Below the pieces are notes generated by a model. The model was not told where the DNA came from. It searched no databases and saw only the letters and a program-made list of their open reading frames with translations. The translations under genes and the position numbers were made by a program. From a virus (taxonomy: Duplodnaviria > Caudoviricetes), in IMG/VR virus record IMGVR_UViG_3300020045_001232, positions 1 to 47,923 of that record: a DNA stretch of 47,923 bases; one strand, given 5' to 3'. Of this stretch, positions 9,068 to 18,736 are shown one piece after another. How positions within the stretch are numbered: the stretch's first letter is position 1; each line of letters begins with the position of its first letter.

Positions 9068-10983
9068 TGGGAATGTCTATAGGAACTGGTGTTTCTATAG
9101 GCTTTGGTGTATCGTGGGGAACAGGCATATCTTTACCTGCCTCTCAGGGTATTCCCATTGCTTGGCGATTACCCATTACAAATGCCTATGATAGTGGAGC
9201 AGATTCTGCCCTTACTACCGCATTGATTGGTAGCGAGACAACTAAAGCTAGGCCGAACTATACTATCGCTGGTACAGTAACCCGCACAGTTGCCGTTCAG
9301 GTGGATGCTATTGCTGCCCCTGGCGCAATGTTATCCTATGTTGCGAGCATCAATGGATCAACTGTTGTTGCAGCACAGTCGTTTGATTCGACGAATGGAA
9401 TTAATGGTACATGGACTGCGCTAGACTCCACATTCATTTATCCGGCACTGGGCAACACGACCGCCGGAATGTTCCGAAAGCGCCAGCCTATCCGCATGGC
9501 TGCTGGAGCATCACGCTGGGTACGCCTCGTCGTTACTGCTCCAGCTACTGCTGTGACTATCCAGTCTGTTATGGTGCATCAATTGCAGACAGGGGATCAG
9601 GATGCATGGGTTATTATTGGAGCATCTCTTGAAGCTCTTGGACAGTCGAGTCTGACTCTGGAATCAGCTGTTAGAACGCTGTATCCGACTAGAGATCCGG
9701 TAGTGTTCCTGTATGCGGCAGAGGCGCAGAGTACTGTTGGCATCTCTGCATATCCAGCACAATGTGAATCCTTACTCGGTGATATTTATAGACGTGTTCT
9801 TGTCGGTAACGCACTAGGAAACGATATCAGTCCAGCTCAGCCTATTGCCGATGATAGCCAAGCGACTTTGGATGCCATCAGAGCCAGGTATGACTCGATT
9901 CTGGCTGGGTTCGGTAGCAAGCCGGTTTATGCGTGTCGAACAACATATCGTGCATACGATGCCATGACTCCAGATAATCCAGAGAATGGATCACTCCCAT
10001 ATAATGTTGCTATATGCGACCCAGCAGTATCTGTACATGGATTCGGGTTTAATTCAACGACTCTTATACCACAGGTTGATATGTACAGCGCGGCTCAGTT
10101 CAATCGGGCATCGCTGACGGATGAAGTGCATTTCGGTGGAGCTGATTCTGCAAACTGGCAGTGGGCACGTAATGAGTGGGCACGTGTAGCTTTTGGTCAT
10201 GCATATACAGGGACATGGGCTACCCCGTACGTTGAGACTCTAGTTGCCGCAGCTGAAATTAGCACGGTAAAAACGGAGGCACAATATGCGGTTAATAGTC
10301 TTCCGGCGTCAGTATACAAGACTGGACTTCAAGCTAGGTTAGATGCTATCTCTGTGGCTGTTGCTGCGTTCTCAATTGGAGATGTGGCGCTATACTCGTT
10401 TGGCCAGATGGCAAAAACTATTGCCTCAGATACAAACGATTGTCGCAGTGCCGATCCATCCGCAATTGCGCCGGGCACTGTAATTGTTGCGGACTCGATC
10501 AAGAAAGCAGGCGGCGCATCTGGTGTGTCACTCGCAGTAACTCGGTCGTTTAACCAGGCGGCTACGTCGTTGAATGGTAATGTTGCTCTATCGTTTGCTC
10601 CGCATATTTCTACATCGATGTCGCAAGCATCGTGGTTTATTGGGGTATCTCCACTGGCGGGCAACCTCGTTAAGGATAATGCAGCGCTTACGTTCTCAGG
10701 GCTTCCAGCTGGGACGTATGAGTTTATTGTTGCGGCATCGCGCAACGTGGCCGAGGATGGACTGCGAAATATGACAGTAGCTGTCGAAGTCGGGTCGGGC
10801 GGCGGCGGGCCGCTGACGTACTCAGCTGCAAATCCAGCGAGTGGAACTGTTACTCCGCACGCTACGCTAACAGCAGTTGTACCTGATGCCGGAGTAGTTA
10901 CTCTGTCGTTCAATAGGCCGGATACGTCACTATCAACGAAGTTTGGGTATCTAGGCGCTATTGCAATCACTAGGATAAGTTGA
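9067..10983 (+). CDS. Virion-associated SGNH/GDSL-type esterase (spike or appendage)
   Basis: Block I IIGASL, block III LGND and block V DEVH, flanked by beta-rich domains, within the structural module. Confidence 0.6.
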   Translation: MGMSIGTGVSIGFGVSWGTGISLPASQGIPIAWRLPITNAYDSGADSALTTALIGSETTKARPNYTIAGTVTRTVAVQVDAIAAPGAMLSYVASINGSTVVAAQSFDSTNGINGTWTALDSTFIYPALGNTTAGMFRKRQPIRMAAGASRWVRLVVTAPATAVTIQSVMVHQLQTGDQDAWVIIGASLEALGQSSLTLESAVRTLYPTRDPVVFLYAAEAQSTVGISAYPAQCESLLGDIYRRVLVGNALGNDISPAQPIADDSQATLDAIRARYDSILAGFGSKPVYACRTTYRAYDAMTPDNPENGSLPYNVAICDPAVSVHGFGFNSTTLIPQVDMYSAAQFNRASLTDEVHFGGADSANWQWARNEWARVAFGHAYTGTWATPYVETLVAAAEISTVKTEAQYAVNSLPASVYKTGLQARLDAISVAVAAFSIGDVALYSFGQMAKTIASDTNDCRSADPSAIAPGTVIVADSIKKAGGASGVSLAVTRSFNQAATSLNGNVALSFAPHISTSMSQASWFIGVSPLAGNLVKDNAALTFSGLPAGTYEFIVAASRNVAEDGLRNMTVAVEVGSGGGGPLTYSAANPASGTVTPHATLTAVVPDAGVVTLSFNRPDTSLSTKFGYLGAIAITRIS

Positions 10984-10990
10984 GGTATAT

Positions 10991-11290
10991 ATGGCAAGAA
11001 ACACTTATATCTCGGGGGAATGGAATTTAATCTGTGATTCTTGCGGAAGAAAGATTAAGGCAAAGGATAGCAGAAAAAGATGGGATGGTTTAATAGTCTG
11101 CCCCGAGGACTATGAACAACGACATCCACAAGACTTTGTACGGGCTAGGCAGGATAAGATCACAGTACCTTATACAAGACCTAGACCTACTGACATCTTT
11201 GTAGATGTTGTCTATGCATGTACAATCGACGGCAAGACGGCGGTGGCTGGTAGAGCCACTGCTGGTTGCTCTATTGCAGGAAGCACATAA
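10991..11290 (+). CDS. Hypothetical Cys-containing virion protein
   Basis: CDSCG...W-x-GL-x-VC...RHPQDF...RP motif; GAGG RBS. Confidence 0.7.
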   Translation: MARNTYISGEWNLICDSCGRKIKAKDSRKRWDGLIVCPEDYEQRHPQDFVRARQDKITVPYTRPRPTDIFVDVVYACTIDGKTAVAGRATAGCSIAGST

Positions 11291-11291
11291 T

Positions 11292-11750
11292 ATGGCTAGT
11301 ACATTTTTTATTAATAACACAACAGTCATTCTGGCCGATTGGTTGAATGATGTTAATGCTGCTACCTATCTAAGTAGTGGTGTTGCTTTGGATGCTGATA
11401 GTATCCAAGCAGAATTCACTAATAAAGTTCCACGTAGTTCTACTACAGGTTCTGCGTCTCTTCCTGCCGGTACTAGTGCGGAGAGGGACCTAGTTCCAAT
11501 CGATGGGATGATTCGGTATAATAGCGAGTTGCTCCAATTTGAGGGGTACTTTAATGGTTTATGGCAAAGTGTTGGTGGTGGACAACTTCTAGGTAATGCT
11601 GCTACAAAGGGTGTATTTTATAACTCTAAGTTCATTACAGAAGATCTAGTTGTGTCTACTGGAACTAATGCGGGTTCTTTTGGACCTATTACAATCAATG
11701 ATGGTTTCTCTGTTACAGTTGCAGATGGATCTGTTTGGAGTATAGTATAA
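11292..11750 (+). CDS. Tail fibre-associated protein (start re-called to ATG 11292)
   Basis: ADWLNDVN, G-x-IRYN-x-x-x-x-x-FEGY-x-x-x-W and GPITI motifs of phage fibre modules. Confidence 0.65.
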   Translation: MASTFFINNTTVILADWLNDVNAATYLSSGVALDADSIQAEFTNKVPRSSTTGSASLPAGTSAERDLVPIDGMIRYNSELLQFEGYFNGLWQSVGGGQLLGNAATKGVFYNSKFITEDLVVSTGTNAGSFGPITINDGFSVTVADGSVWSIV

Positions 11751-12124
11751 TGGCTACAGTTATTGATGGAACTACAGGGGTTAATAGAATCCAGGATGGG
11801 ATTATAGTACAAGCTGATTTAGCCTCTCCTTTTTATTTACCTAGTAATGCACAAACTTGGCAGGATGTGACTGGTAGCAGAGTATCAAATACAACATATA
11901 CAAACAGTACAAATCTTCCAATACAGGTTAGTGCGTACTCCACAGGTACATCAGGCGGAGTAAGTAGCATTTCTATACAGGTTGGAGCGCTAGTAGTATC
12001 CTATAATTATAGTCCGGCTATAGCGGCTAGCACATTTGCAACAAACGCCTCGGCTATCGTGCCCGCAGGGGAGACATATAAAGTAGTTTGGGTTGGTACA
12101 GCTAGTATTAAGGAGTTTAGATAA
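11750..12124 (+). CDS. Short fibre/receptor-binding module
   Basis: TAATG coupling; WQDVTGSR...TTYTN...IVPAGETY. Confidence 0.6.
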   Translation: MATVIDGTTGVNRIQDGIIVQADLASPFYLPSNAQTWQDVTGSRVSNTTYTNSTNLPIQVSAYSTGTSGGVSSISIQVGALVVSYNYSPAIAASTFATNASAIVPAGETYKVVWVGTASIKEFR

Positions 12125-12585
12125 TGGCTACAGGGCAAATCAATCTGCGTACCGTGAAACTCGGAGATAACGCAGACACATCCAAAAACTTCCTCATTAC
12201 CACTCCAGCCATCGCTGATGGTACTCTTACTATTCAGCGGGAAAGTGGTGCTGTGGTGGCGAGTATTAATGCTGCTGGTACATTAGTACTTCCAAACTTC
12301 CCACTACTTCCTACCCCTGTATGGACTGTAATGGGGGCTGCACGAGTATTTGGAACCACATATACTAATGATACAGGACATGACCTTACTATTAGAGTTA
12401 GGGTATCGCTACCTGCGGTAACTGGTGGTATTCAGTGCACATGTCAAGGAATTACCTTATTTGGATCGAGTATGGGAACAGGTAATGCTACCTGTGAGAC
12501 ATGGGTAATACCTATCGGGGCTACTTATGTAGTTAGTTATTCCGCCGGTTCTGGTGGAACAATCATTTGGCAGGAGCTTCGATAA
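12124..12585 (+). CDS. Short fibre/receptor-binding module, paralogous to the previous gene
   Basis: R-x-x-GTTYTNDTG...VIPIGATY...ELR C-terminal domain. Confidence 0.6.
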   Translation: MATGQINLRTVKLGDNADTSKNFLITTPAIADGTLTIQRESGAVVASINAAGTLVLPNFPLLPTPVWTVMGAARVFGTTYTNDTGHDLTIRVRVSLPAVTGGIQCTCQGITLFGSSMGTGNATCETWVIPIGATYVVSYSAGSGGTIIWQELR

Positions 12586-13142
12586 TGACCGCATCGATTA
12601 GATCAGACGCTTCTGGTACTTATGGAGCACTACAGTTCAATGGTGCGGATGTGGTCAAGTTCGACACTACAGGGGTTTCTCAAGGGGCTGGTCGTCGTGT
12701 AGCTCAGATAGTAGAGTATAAAACAGGTACAGTAGCTACGGGTACTACTATTATCCCACCGGATAATACTATCCCACAGATTACGGAAGGGGATCAGTAT
12801 CTAACGGCTTCTATTACGCCAACCTCATCTTCTAGTACTCTGGAAGTATCAGTGATGTTGAATTGTGGTTGTAGCGTTCTTAATAATGTGGTATTAGCTT
12901 TATTTAAAGACGCTGGTGTGAGTGCCGTTGCCGGTTTAAATAACTACGTATCTACTACTAATACTATGACTTTGTTTAACCTAACCTATACAGTGGCTAG
13001 TGGTAGTGTTTCTCCTACAACTTTTTCTGTTAGAGTTGGTGGTGGTGTTGCTAGCACTATTACATTAAATGGAGCACTTGGTACTCAAAGGCTCGGCGGG
13101 GTATTGTTCTCTAGTATAACTATCAAGGAATATTTACCATGA
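12585..13142 (+). CDS. Short fibre module
   Basis: TAATG coupling; ASITPTSSSS-x-L-x-V and SSIT-x-x-E ending, T/S/G-rich. Confidence 0.6.
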   Translation: MTASIRSDASGTYGALQFNGADVVKFDTTGVSQGAGRRVAQIVEYKTGTVATGTTIIPPDNTIPQITEGDQYLTASITPTSSSSTLEVSVMLNCGCSVLNNVVLALFKDAGVSAVAGLNNYVSTTNTMTLFNLTYTVASGSVSPTTFSVRVGGGVASTITLNGALGTQRLGGVLFSSITIKEYLP

Positions 13143-13474
13143 GTTATAAAGTAGTTAAAGACTCTCTAGGTAATATAATTGCTTTTGGTCCGGATGAGCC
13201 TGGTTATGTTCCTGCCATTGGTGTGGGTTGCACATTAGAATTATTAGAGGAGTTACCGATAGTGAGTCCAGCAAAGAAGAAAAGTGCTGAGTTGGTTGCA
13301 TTATCTACAAAGTTCCAAGCAGATGATGTAGTGCTTCAAATGAAATGGTTGGCAGCATCTGTTGTAGATGGTGACACAGAAGTAACAAAGAAGGCCGCGA
13401 TTGCTGAGGATCGTTTAGCTCTATCTGCTCAGTTTAAGCTAGATAAACTAGCTATCATTGATAAATATGCTTAG
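13139..13474 (+). CDS. Putative tail fibre assembly/chaperone protein
   Basis: Follows the fibre genes; helical C-terminus. Confidence 0.45.
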   Translation: MSYKVVKDSLGNIIAFGPDEPGYVPAIGVGCTLELLEELPIVSPAKKKSAELVALSTKFQADDVVLQMKWLAASVVDGDTEVTKKAAIAEDRLALSAQFKLDKLAIIDKYA

Positions 13475-13483
13475 GAGAATTAC

Positions 13484-13627
13484 ATGACTACACCTACAAT
13501 AGAGGTTGCTGCTTATCGTACATTTTGTCCAATATGTGGTTCTATTATGAGCCATATAGAGTGGGAAGGGATGATGGGGTGGATGTGCCCTGATCCAGAT
13601 TGTGAATTCTTCATGCCTGATGCGTAA
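13484..13627 (+). CDS. 47-aa zinc-ribbon protein (not in the ORF track)
   Basis: AGGAG RBS; MTTPTIEVAAYRTFCPICGSIMSHIEWEGMMGWMCPDPDCEFFMPDA with CxxC...CxxxxC; fills the gap exactly. Confidence 0.7.
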   Translation: MTTPTIEVAAYRTFCPICGSIMSHIEWEGMMGWMCPDPDCEFFMPDA

Positions 13628-13629
13628 CT

Positions 13630-13818
13630 ATGAATGAGGACACGGATAAGAAGTTCGAAGAGCTTAAGGATGATATTAGAGAAATAAAAGCAGAGTTAAA
13701 ACTTTTTACAGATGCTTGGCAACAAGCTAGGGGAGTGGTAACTTTTATCAAATGGTTAGCAGGGATTGCTGGTGGTGTTACAGCTTTCTTTTTATTTATT
13801 AAGGATCATATTAAATGA
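13630..13818 (+). CDS. Small coiled-coil plus single-TM protein (holin/antiholin-like)
   Basis: Charged coil, then a hydrophobic helix WLAGIAGGVTAFFLFI. Confidence 0.5.
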   Translation: MNEDTDKKFEELKDDIREIKAELKLFTDAWQQARGVVTFIKWLAGIAGGVTAFFLFIKDHIK

Positions 13819-14528
13819 CAACTTCGGGCACCACCACTTTCTCTGTAAACCGAGATGATTTAATTAAAGGGGCATTACGCAAGATTGGTGTGGTAGCCCA
13901 AGGGGAAACCCCAACCACAGATCAGACTACAGAAGCAGCCTTTGCTTTGAATCTACTAGTGAAGTCTTGGGCGGCAGATGGTATGCCTCTGTGGGCTTTA
14001 CGCACGACGCCCATTCCATTAGTTGCAGGTAAGTGTGACTACACCATTGGTGTTGGCAAAGACATCAATACAGATAAGCCCCTGAAGGTTATACAGGCAT
14101 GGAATAGAACAACAGGTAATATAGATATTCCAATGCGTCTTATTACCAAACAAGAATACAATATATTGGGTAATAAAAAAACATCAGGCAGACCAATACA
14201 AATCTACTTTGATGTTGGTTTAAATTATAGTACTGTTCATGTGTTCCCCACTCCAGCAGCAGCGGATGTGCTAGAGTCTACTGTATACATCGTATATCAA
14301 AGACCATACGAAGATTTTAATATATCTACGGATACACCAGATTTTCCACAAGAATGGTACGACGCTGTATTGTATGGTTTAGCCATTCGTTTGGCACCAG
14401 AGTATGGTGTCCCATTAGATCAACGACAATTACTTGGACGTGAAGCTGCTGATATTAAATTGGCTGCATTGTCTTTTGGTAATGAAGAGGGATCTATCTT
14501 CTTTGGTATAGAACGTAGGGGTTGGTAA
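13815..14528 (+). CDS. Head-tail adaptor (P22 gp4-like)
   Basis: MTTSGT-x-x-F, I-x-x-ALRKIGV, LA-x-RLAPEYG motifs. Confidence 0.75.
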   Translation: MTTSGTTTFSVNRDDLIKGALRKIGVVAQGETPTTDQTTEAAFALNLLVKSWAADGMPLWALRTTPIPLVAGKCDYTIGVGKDINTDKPLKVIQAWNRTTGNIDIPMRLITKQEYNILGNKKTSGRPIQIYFDVGLNYSTVHVFPTPAAADVLESTVYIVYQRPYEDFNISTDTPDFPQEWYDAVLYGLAIRLAPEYGVPLDQRQLLGREAADIKLAALSFGNEEGSIFFGIERRGW

Positions 14529-15601
14529 TGTTTACACAATTAGAAGATATTAGCAATAAAGTATCACAGGAGAAGATTAGTAATAGTAGATTACGTAACG
14601 AAGAGATTCGTCGTAATATGTCAAAACCTTGGGAATCCCCTACAGAGGCTGTAGAGTCTACTTATGGTAGACAACCATATCCCATTGCACAGATCAATAA
14701 TACTGGAACACAACCAAACACAGATAATTACTCACGCATAAGTGCTGTCGGAAGTGGCAGCCCAATAGGTAATACTGGTACGACGCAAAGTATTGTACCA
14801 AATAAAATGCAGGGGAATAATCTTAGTAGTCTTCCAAAAACAACTGTACCACACAGCACTGTACCATCATCTACTATATCCACAACTGGTGGGAATCCAC
14901 TAGCAACTGTTAGGGGTACTTCCCCAGCATTATCTAGTACATATAGTGGAATGAAAAATAGCTGGAATACTAATAGTCCACAAACTAATACCAATGATCT
15001 TAGTTCTACTGGATGGTTGCCTACAGCTGTTGGGCAGACTGCTAGTGCCATGGGGGCTGGCCCATATTCTGGGTTAGCTTCGGCGGCTATGAGTGCAGCA
15101 CAGGGAAATAAGTCTGGTGCTGTTGGATCATTAAGTTCTACACTCGCTAGAGTTGCGGGGGCTGGAAATTTTAGTGGATTATTCGGTACTTTGGCTAGTG
15201 GTATCATGGGGGATAAAGATGCCTCCGAGATTGGTATGAATATGGCTAATTCTGGCCTAGGTACTGTGTTATCTATGGCTAATCCAATAGCAGGGGCGGC
15301 ATACAATGTGGCTAGAATGATGGGACTTAACCCAGCACAAGGTCTTGCCTCTATGTTTGATACGAAAAACTATACAGAGGAAGGTGGCCATAAGGGTGGA
15401 TTCTTTACTAAACCATCGGAATATACTGGATACACTCCTGGACAAGCCTATGAACCAGGTTTAAATAATTTGTTTTCACAGAATAGTGGTAGCTTTACTG
15501 GTGGAGATAACCCAAATGGTACTCCTGGATATTCTAATCCAGCCGCAAGTTATGGTGGATGGTCTGCTAGTCCGAGTTCCAGTGATACTGGAGGTGAATA
15601 A
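14528..15601 (+). CDS. Putative internal virion/ejection protein
   Basis: Low-complexity S/T/G/N-rich sequence with glycine-zipper-like hydrophobic helices. Confidence 0.5.
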   Translation: MFTQLEDISNKVSQEKISNSRLRNEEIRRNMSKPWESPTEAVESTYGRQPYPIAQINNTGTQPNTDNYSRISAVGSGSPIGNTGTTQSIVPNKMQGNNLSSLPKTTVPHSTVPSSTISTTGGNPLATVRGTSPALSSTYSGMKNSWNTNSPQTNTNDLSSTGWLPTAVGQTASAMGAGPYSGLASAAMSAAQGNKSGAVGSLSSTLARVAGAGNFSGLFGTLASGIMGDKDASEIGMNMANSGLGTVLSMANPIAGAAYNVARMMGLNPAQGLASMFDTKNYTEEGGHKGGFFTKPSEYTGYTPGQAYEPGLNNLFSQNSGSFTGGDNPNGTPGYSNPAASYGGWSASPSSSDTGGE

Positions 15602-17046
15602 TGGCACAGCAACAACAAAAAAAGAATAAGTATCAAGTACAAGAAGTTCGCTTACCCATCATCGGCTCTATGACTAATCGAGATTCCTCTGGTCTAAAGG
15701 ATCAGAGATTTCTTAATATTTTCCCAGAAACCCGTAAGGTGGAAGCAATAGAAAGCACTAGAATCTTTCTAAATAAGCGCCCTGGATTAACTCTATATAA
15801 AACATTTGCTACTGGAACTGGCCGTGGTATTGCATGGTTTCGAGAAAAGTTTTATATGGCTATTGATGGGAAGATTATAGAAGACGGGGCAACACCAACC
15901 ACTGTCATAACCTTAACAGATGCTAATACTAAAGTTGGTATGATTGTGGCTAACTCTGCTAGTATTGGAGATTATCTATTTATTTGTGATGGAACAACAG
16001 CGTGGATTATAAACTCATCTGGTGTTGTAACACACATTACGAGTGTAAACTTACCTACACCACACATCCCTATTCCTGTTTTCATAGATGGTTATATTAT
16101 CTTAGCCAAAGGAAGTGATGTGTATAACTGTGCATTGGATAGTCCGACTACCTGGAATACAGGGGAGTATCTTACAGCAGAGATGTTCCCAGATAAGGTT
16201 GTAGCACTAGGTAGACAGAATAATCAGGTTCTGGTATTTGGCGAGAGTTCTACAGAATTCTTTTATGATGCAGCAAATACAAGTGGATCACCATTAAATA
16301 GAAACGAATCTACTACTCTACAAACAGGTTGTGCTTTTCCTTTTGCTATTTATCAGAATGAAAAGACGTGCATATTTACAGGACAATCTGATTCTGGTGG
16401 TAGGGCAGTATGGCAAATTGATGGTTTCCAACCAAAGAAAGTATCAGATGAATACATTGATCGTATCATAGACGCAGAAACAGACAATGCTGGTGTCCGT
16501 GGTTTTGGTTTTAGATCTATGGGTCACTTGTTTTATCTAATCAATCTCCCAACTCTGCAACGCACATTAGTATACGACACAGAGGAGAAACTATGGCATG
16601 AGTGGTCTACAAATAATGCTGGCACTCATACTACTTTTATGTGTAGTTATATGTGTGATTCCCACGCGGGTGCTGCTTATCTACTTCATAATACTACTGG
16701 AACTGTTTATAAATTAGATCCAACTAAATACTTAGATGATACTAATCCAATTCTAGTGGAGTTAATTACAAACAAATATGACATGGATACATACAAGAGA
16801 AAGTTCATGAGTAATGTACGTCCGGTCGGCGATAGGTATGCCTCTGGTAATTATGTCACAATTAAATGGACAGACGATGATTATCAAACTTGGTCTAATA
16901 CTAAAACAATTGGACTGACAGATGACTTTCCTAACTTCTCTCGACTAGGGTGTTTCAGACGTAGGGCATTTAATATTAGTCATGCATTGAATTATCCATT
17001 ACGTATGGAATCATTAGAAGTTACTTATTACGAGGGAGATAGTTAA
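15601..17046 (+). CDS. Tail hub / packaged-DNA stabilization protein (P22 gp10-like)
   Basis: 481 aa beta-propeller-like; KRPGL, FIDGY, VFGE-x-STE, GH-x-FY, TLVYD...WHE, W-x-DD...TWSN motifs. Confidence 0.8.
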   Translation: MAQQQQKKNKYQVQEVRLPIIGSMTNRDSSGLKDQRFLNIFPETRKVEAIESTRIFLNKRPGLTLYKTFATGTGRGIAWFREKFYMAIDGKIIEDGATPTTVITLTDANTKVGMIVANSASIGDYLFICDGTTAWIINSSGVVTHITSVNLPTPHIPIPVFIDGYIILAKGSDVYNCALDSPTTWNTGEYLTAEMFPDKVVALGRQNNQVLVFGESSTEFFYDAANTSGSPLNRNESTTLQTGCAFPFAIYQNEKTCIFTGQSDSGGRAVWQIDGFQPKKVSDEYIDRIIDAETDNAGVRGFGFRSMGHLFYLINLPTLQRTLVYDTEEKLWHEWSTNNAGTHTTFMCSYMCDSHAGAAYLLHNTTGTVYKLDPTKYLDDTNPILVELITNKYDMDTYKRKFMSNVRPVGDRYASGNYVTIKWTDDDYQTWSNTKTIGLTDDFPNFSRLGCFRRRAFNISHALNYPLRMESLEVTYYEGDS

Positions 17047-17840
17047 TGGCTAACATTCTACCACCGCCACCAATCAATGACGCTCCTGGAAGTTTTACAT
17101 GGTTGGAGTGGTATCGACAACTACGCACATATGTATCTACAACTGGTAGTGTTCCTTGGTATATTATTAATTTTGCTGGGTCTAATATTACCGATATTGT
17201 GTCACGTAATCATGGAAATTTACAGGGACTACAAGGTGGCTCCGCAGGGGAACATTACCATTTAACAGCAGCTCAGGCGGCTAGTATTGGAGCTGGGGCA
17301 CATAATAATTTGACTGGTATCCAAGGAGGTAGTACTACTCAACGATACCATGTTAATGCGGATCAGTATGCAGCTATTAGTAATTCATTAGAGGTATTGA
17401 GTACTACATCAGGTACGACACTTCCAATAGTTCCTACTGTCTTTATTCCTACTTCTACTGTAGTAATCACTAATGGTATCACATATGATACAGCAACTGG
17501 TATAACGACATTTGTTAATGGGGGATCATACAACCTTGAAATACTTCTTAATGCGTCCGCTTCTGCTGGTAATAGAAAGATATACTTCTATGCAGAAGTT
17601 GACACTGGCTCTGGTTTTGCCATACGCCAGTATTCTGCTAGATCACATGAAATAGTACCGAGTATTGAAGATCAGATAACATTTGCCACTACTAATTACT
17701 TTGCAAAGGGTACTAGAGTACGACATGTTATTTGGGCAAGTAATGCAACGATTACATTAAACACAACAAATGTTCCTGGAACTACTGCTGGGACTGTTAC
17801 GATACCATCCTTTAGAATGCTCTGGTCTGGCTCACTCTAA
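17046..17840 (+). CDS. Tail-associated protein
   Basis: Internal repeat H-x-NL-x-G-x-QGG-x-x-x-x-x-YH (twice) plus a beta-rich C-terminal domain. Confidence 0.6.
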   Translation: MANILPPPPINDAPGSFTWLEWYRQLRTYVSTTGSVPWYIINFAGSNITDIVSRNHGNLQGLQGGSAGEHYHLTAAQAASIGAGAHNNLTGIQGGSTTQRYHVNADQYAAISNSLEVLSTTSGTTLPIVPTVFIPTSTVVITNGITYDTATGITTFVNGGSYNLEILLNASASAGNRKIYFYAEVDTGSGFAIRQYSARSHEIVPSIEDQITFATTNYFAKGTRVRHVIWASNATITLNTTNVPGTTAGTVTIPSFRMLWSGSL

Positions 17841-17869
17841 TTGACTTAGGTAGGCACTTATGATACAAT
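17841..17869 (+). promoter_or_regulatory. Internal sigma70-type promoter
   Basis: TTGACT, 17 bp, TG-a-TACAAT; AAAGGA RBS before ATG 17897. Confidence 0.7.
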
Positions 17870-17896
17870 GTTTATATACAATGAAAGGAAATACCT

Positions 17897-18736
17897 ATGG
17901 ATGATTGGGAATTTGAGGATCAAACAAATCAATATAATGATGGTGATACTAGTACTGGGAATGATTATACTGGGTATACACCTGGGTATGATAATTCCAA
18001 TATCGATACGAGTTGGGAAGATACTAATGATTACGTAGATTATGGTAGTTATGGTGGCAATCAATTCTCTCCAACTTCTCCTATCAATACTTCTGCCCCG
18101 GATTGGTTTAGTTCTTCCAATCCTGCTGGTGTTGGCAGTGGTGGAGCACCAAATCCAATGGGAAGTACTGGTACCAGTTATGGCGGTGATATTAAGAGTG
18201 CCCTATCTAGTTTGTTCCAAGGTGGAGTAAGTTCTGGTTTGCTGGGTAAAGGTGTTGCTGCTCTCTTAGAGGGGAATCAGAATAAACAAAAGGCAGCTGC
18301 TGCAACAGCCTTAGCTAAGAATGCGGCTCTTGATCCTTTTGGTAGTCAGCGGCCGTTCTATCAACAGCAAGCACAACAGGCAGTAACTAATCCATATGAC
18401 TCCCCTATGGTAAAGGCACAAATAGCACAACTACAACATGCCCAAGATATAAAGGACGCTGCTGCTGGTCGTAGAAGCAACCAACTGACTTCTGCTCCAG
18501 CAGTCCTTGCTGCCCAAGCACAGATTGCACAAAACTATCAACAACAGATGGCTCAACAAGGTGGATCTAATATTGCTCCTAATCAACAATTGGCCTCTAT
18601 ATTACAAAGTGGTTCTAATGCTGGTATTAATGGTTATGTATCCCCCTTTGCAAATGCCTATGGGTATGGATCACAATCTAATACCAATACAGCACAACTA
18701 GACGCCTTGAAGAAGTTTCTTGCAGGACAGTCCTAA
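17897..18736 (+). CDS. Putative DNA ejection (pilot) protein
   Basis: Acidic N-terminus, G/S/Q/A-rich, first of three genes of increasing size before the lysin. Confidence 0.6.
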   Translation: MDDWEFEDQTNQYNDGDTSTGNDYTGYTPGYDNSNIDTSWEDTNDYVDYGSYGGNQFSPTSPINTSAPDWFSSSNPAGVGSGGAPNPMGSTGTSYGGDIKSALSSLFQGGVSSGLLGKGVAALLEGNQNKQKAAAATALAKNAALDPFGSQRPFYQQQAQQAVTNPYDSPMVKAQIAQLQHAQDIKDAAAGRRSNQLTSAPAVLAAQAQIAQNYQQQMAQQGGSNIAPNQQLASILQSGSNAGINGYVSPFANAYGYGSQSNTNTAQLDALKKFLAGQS

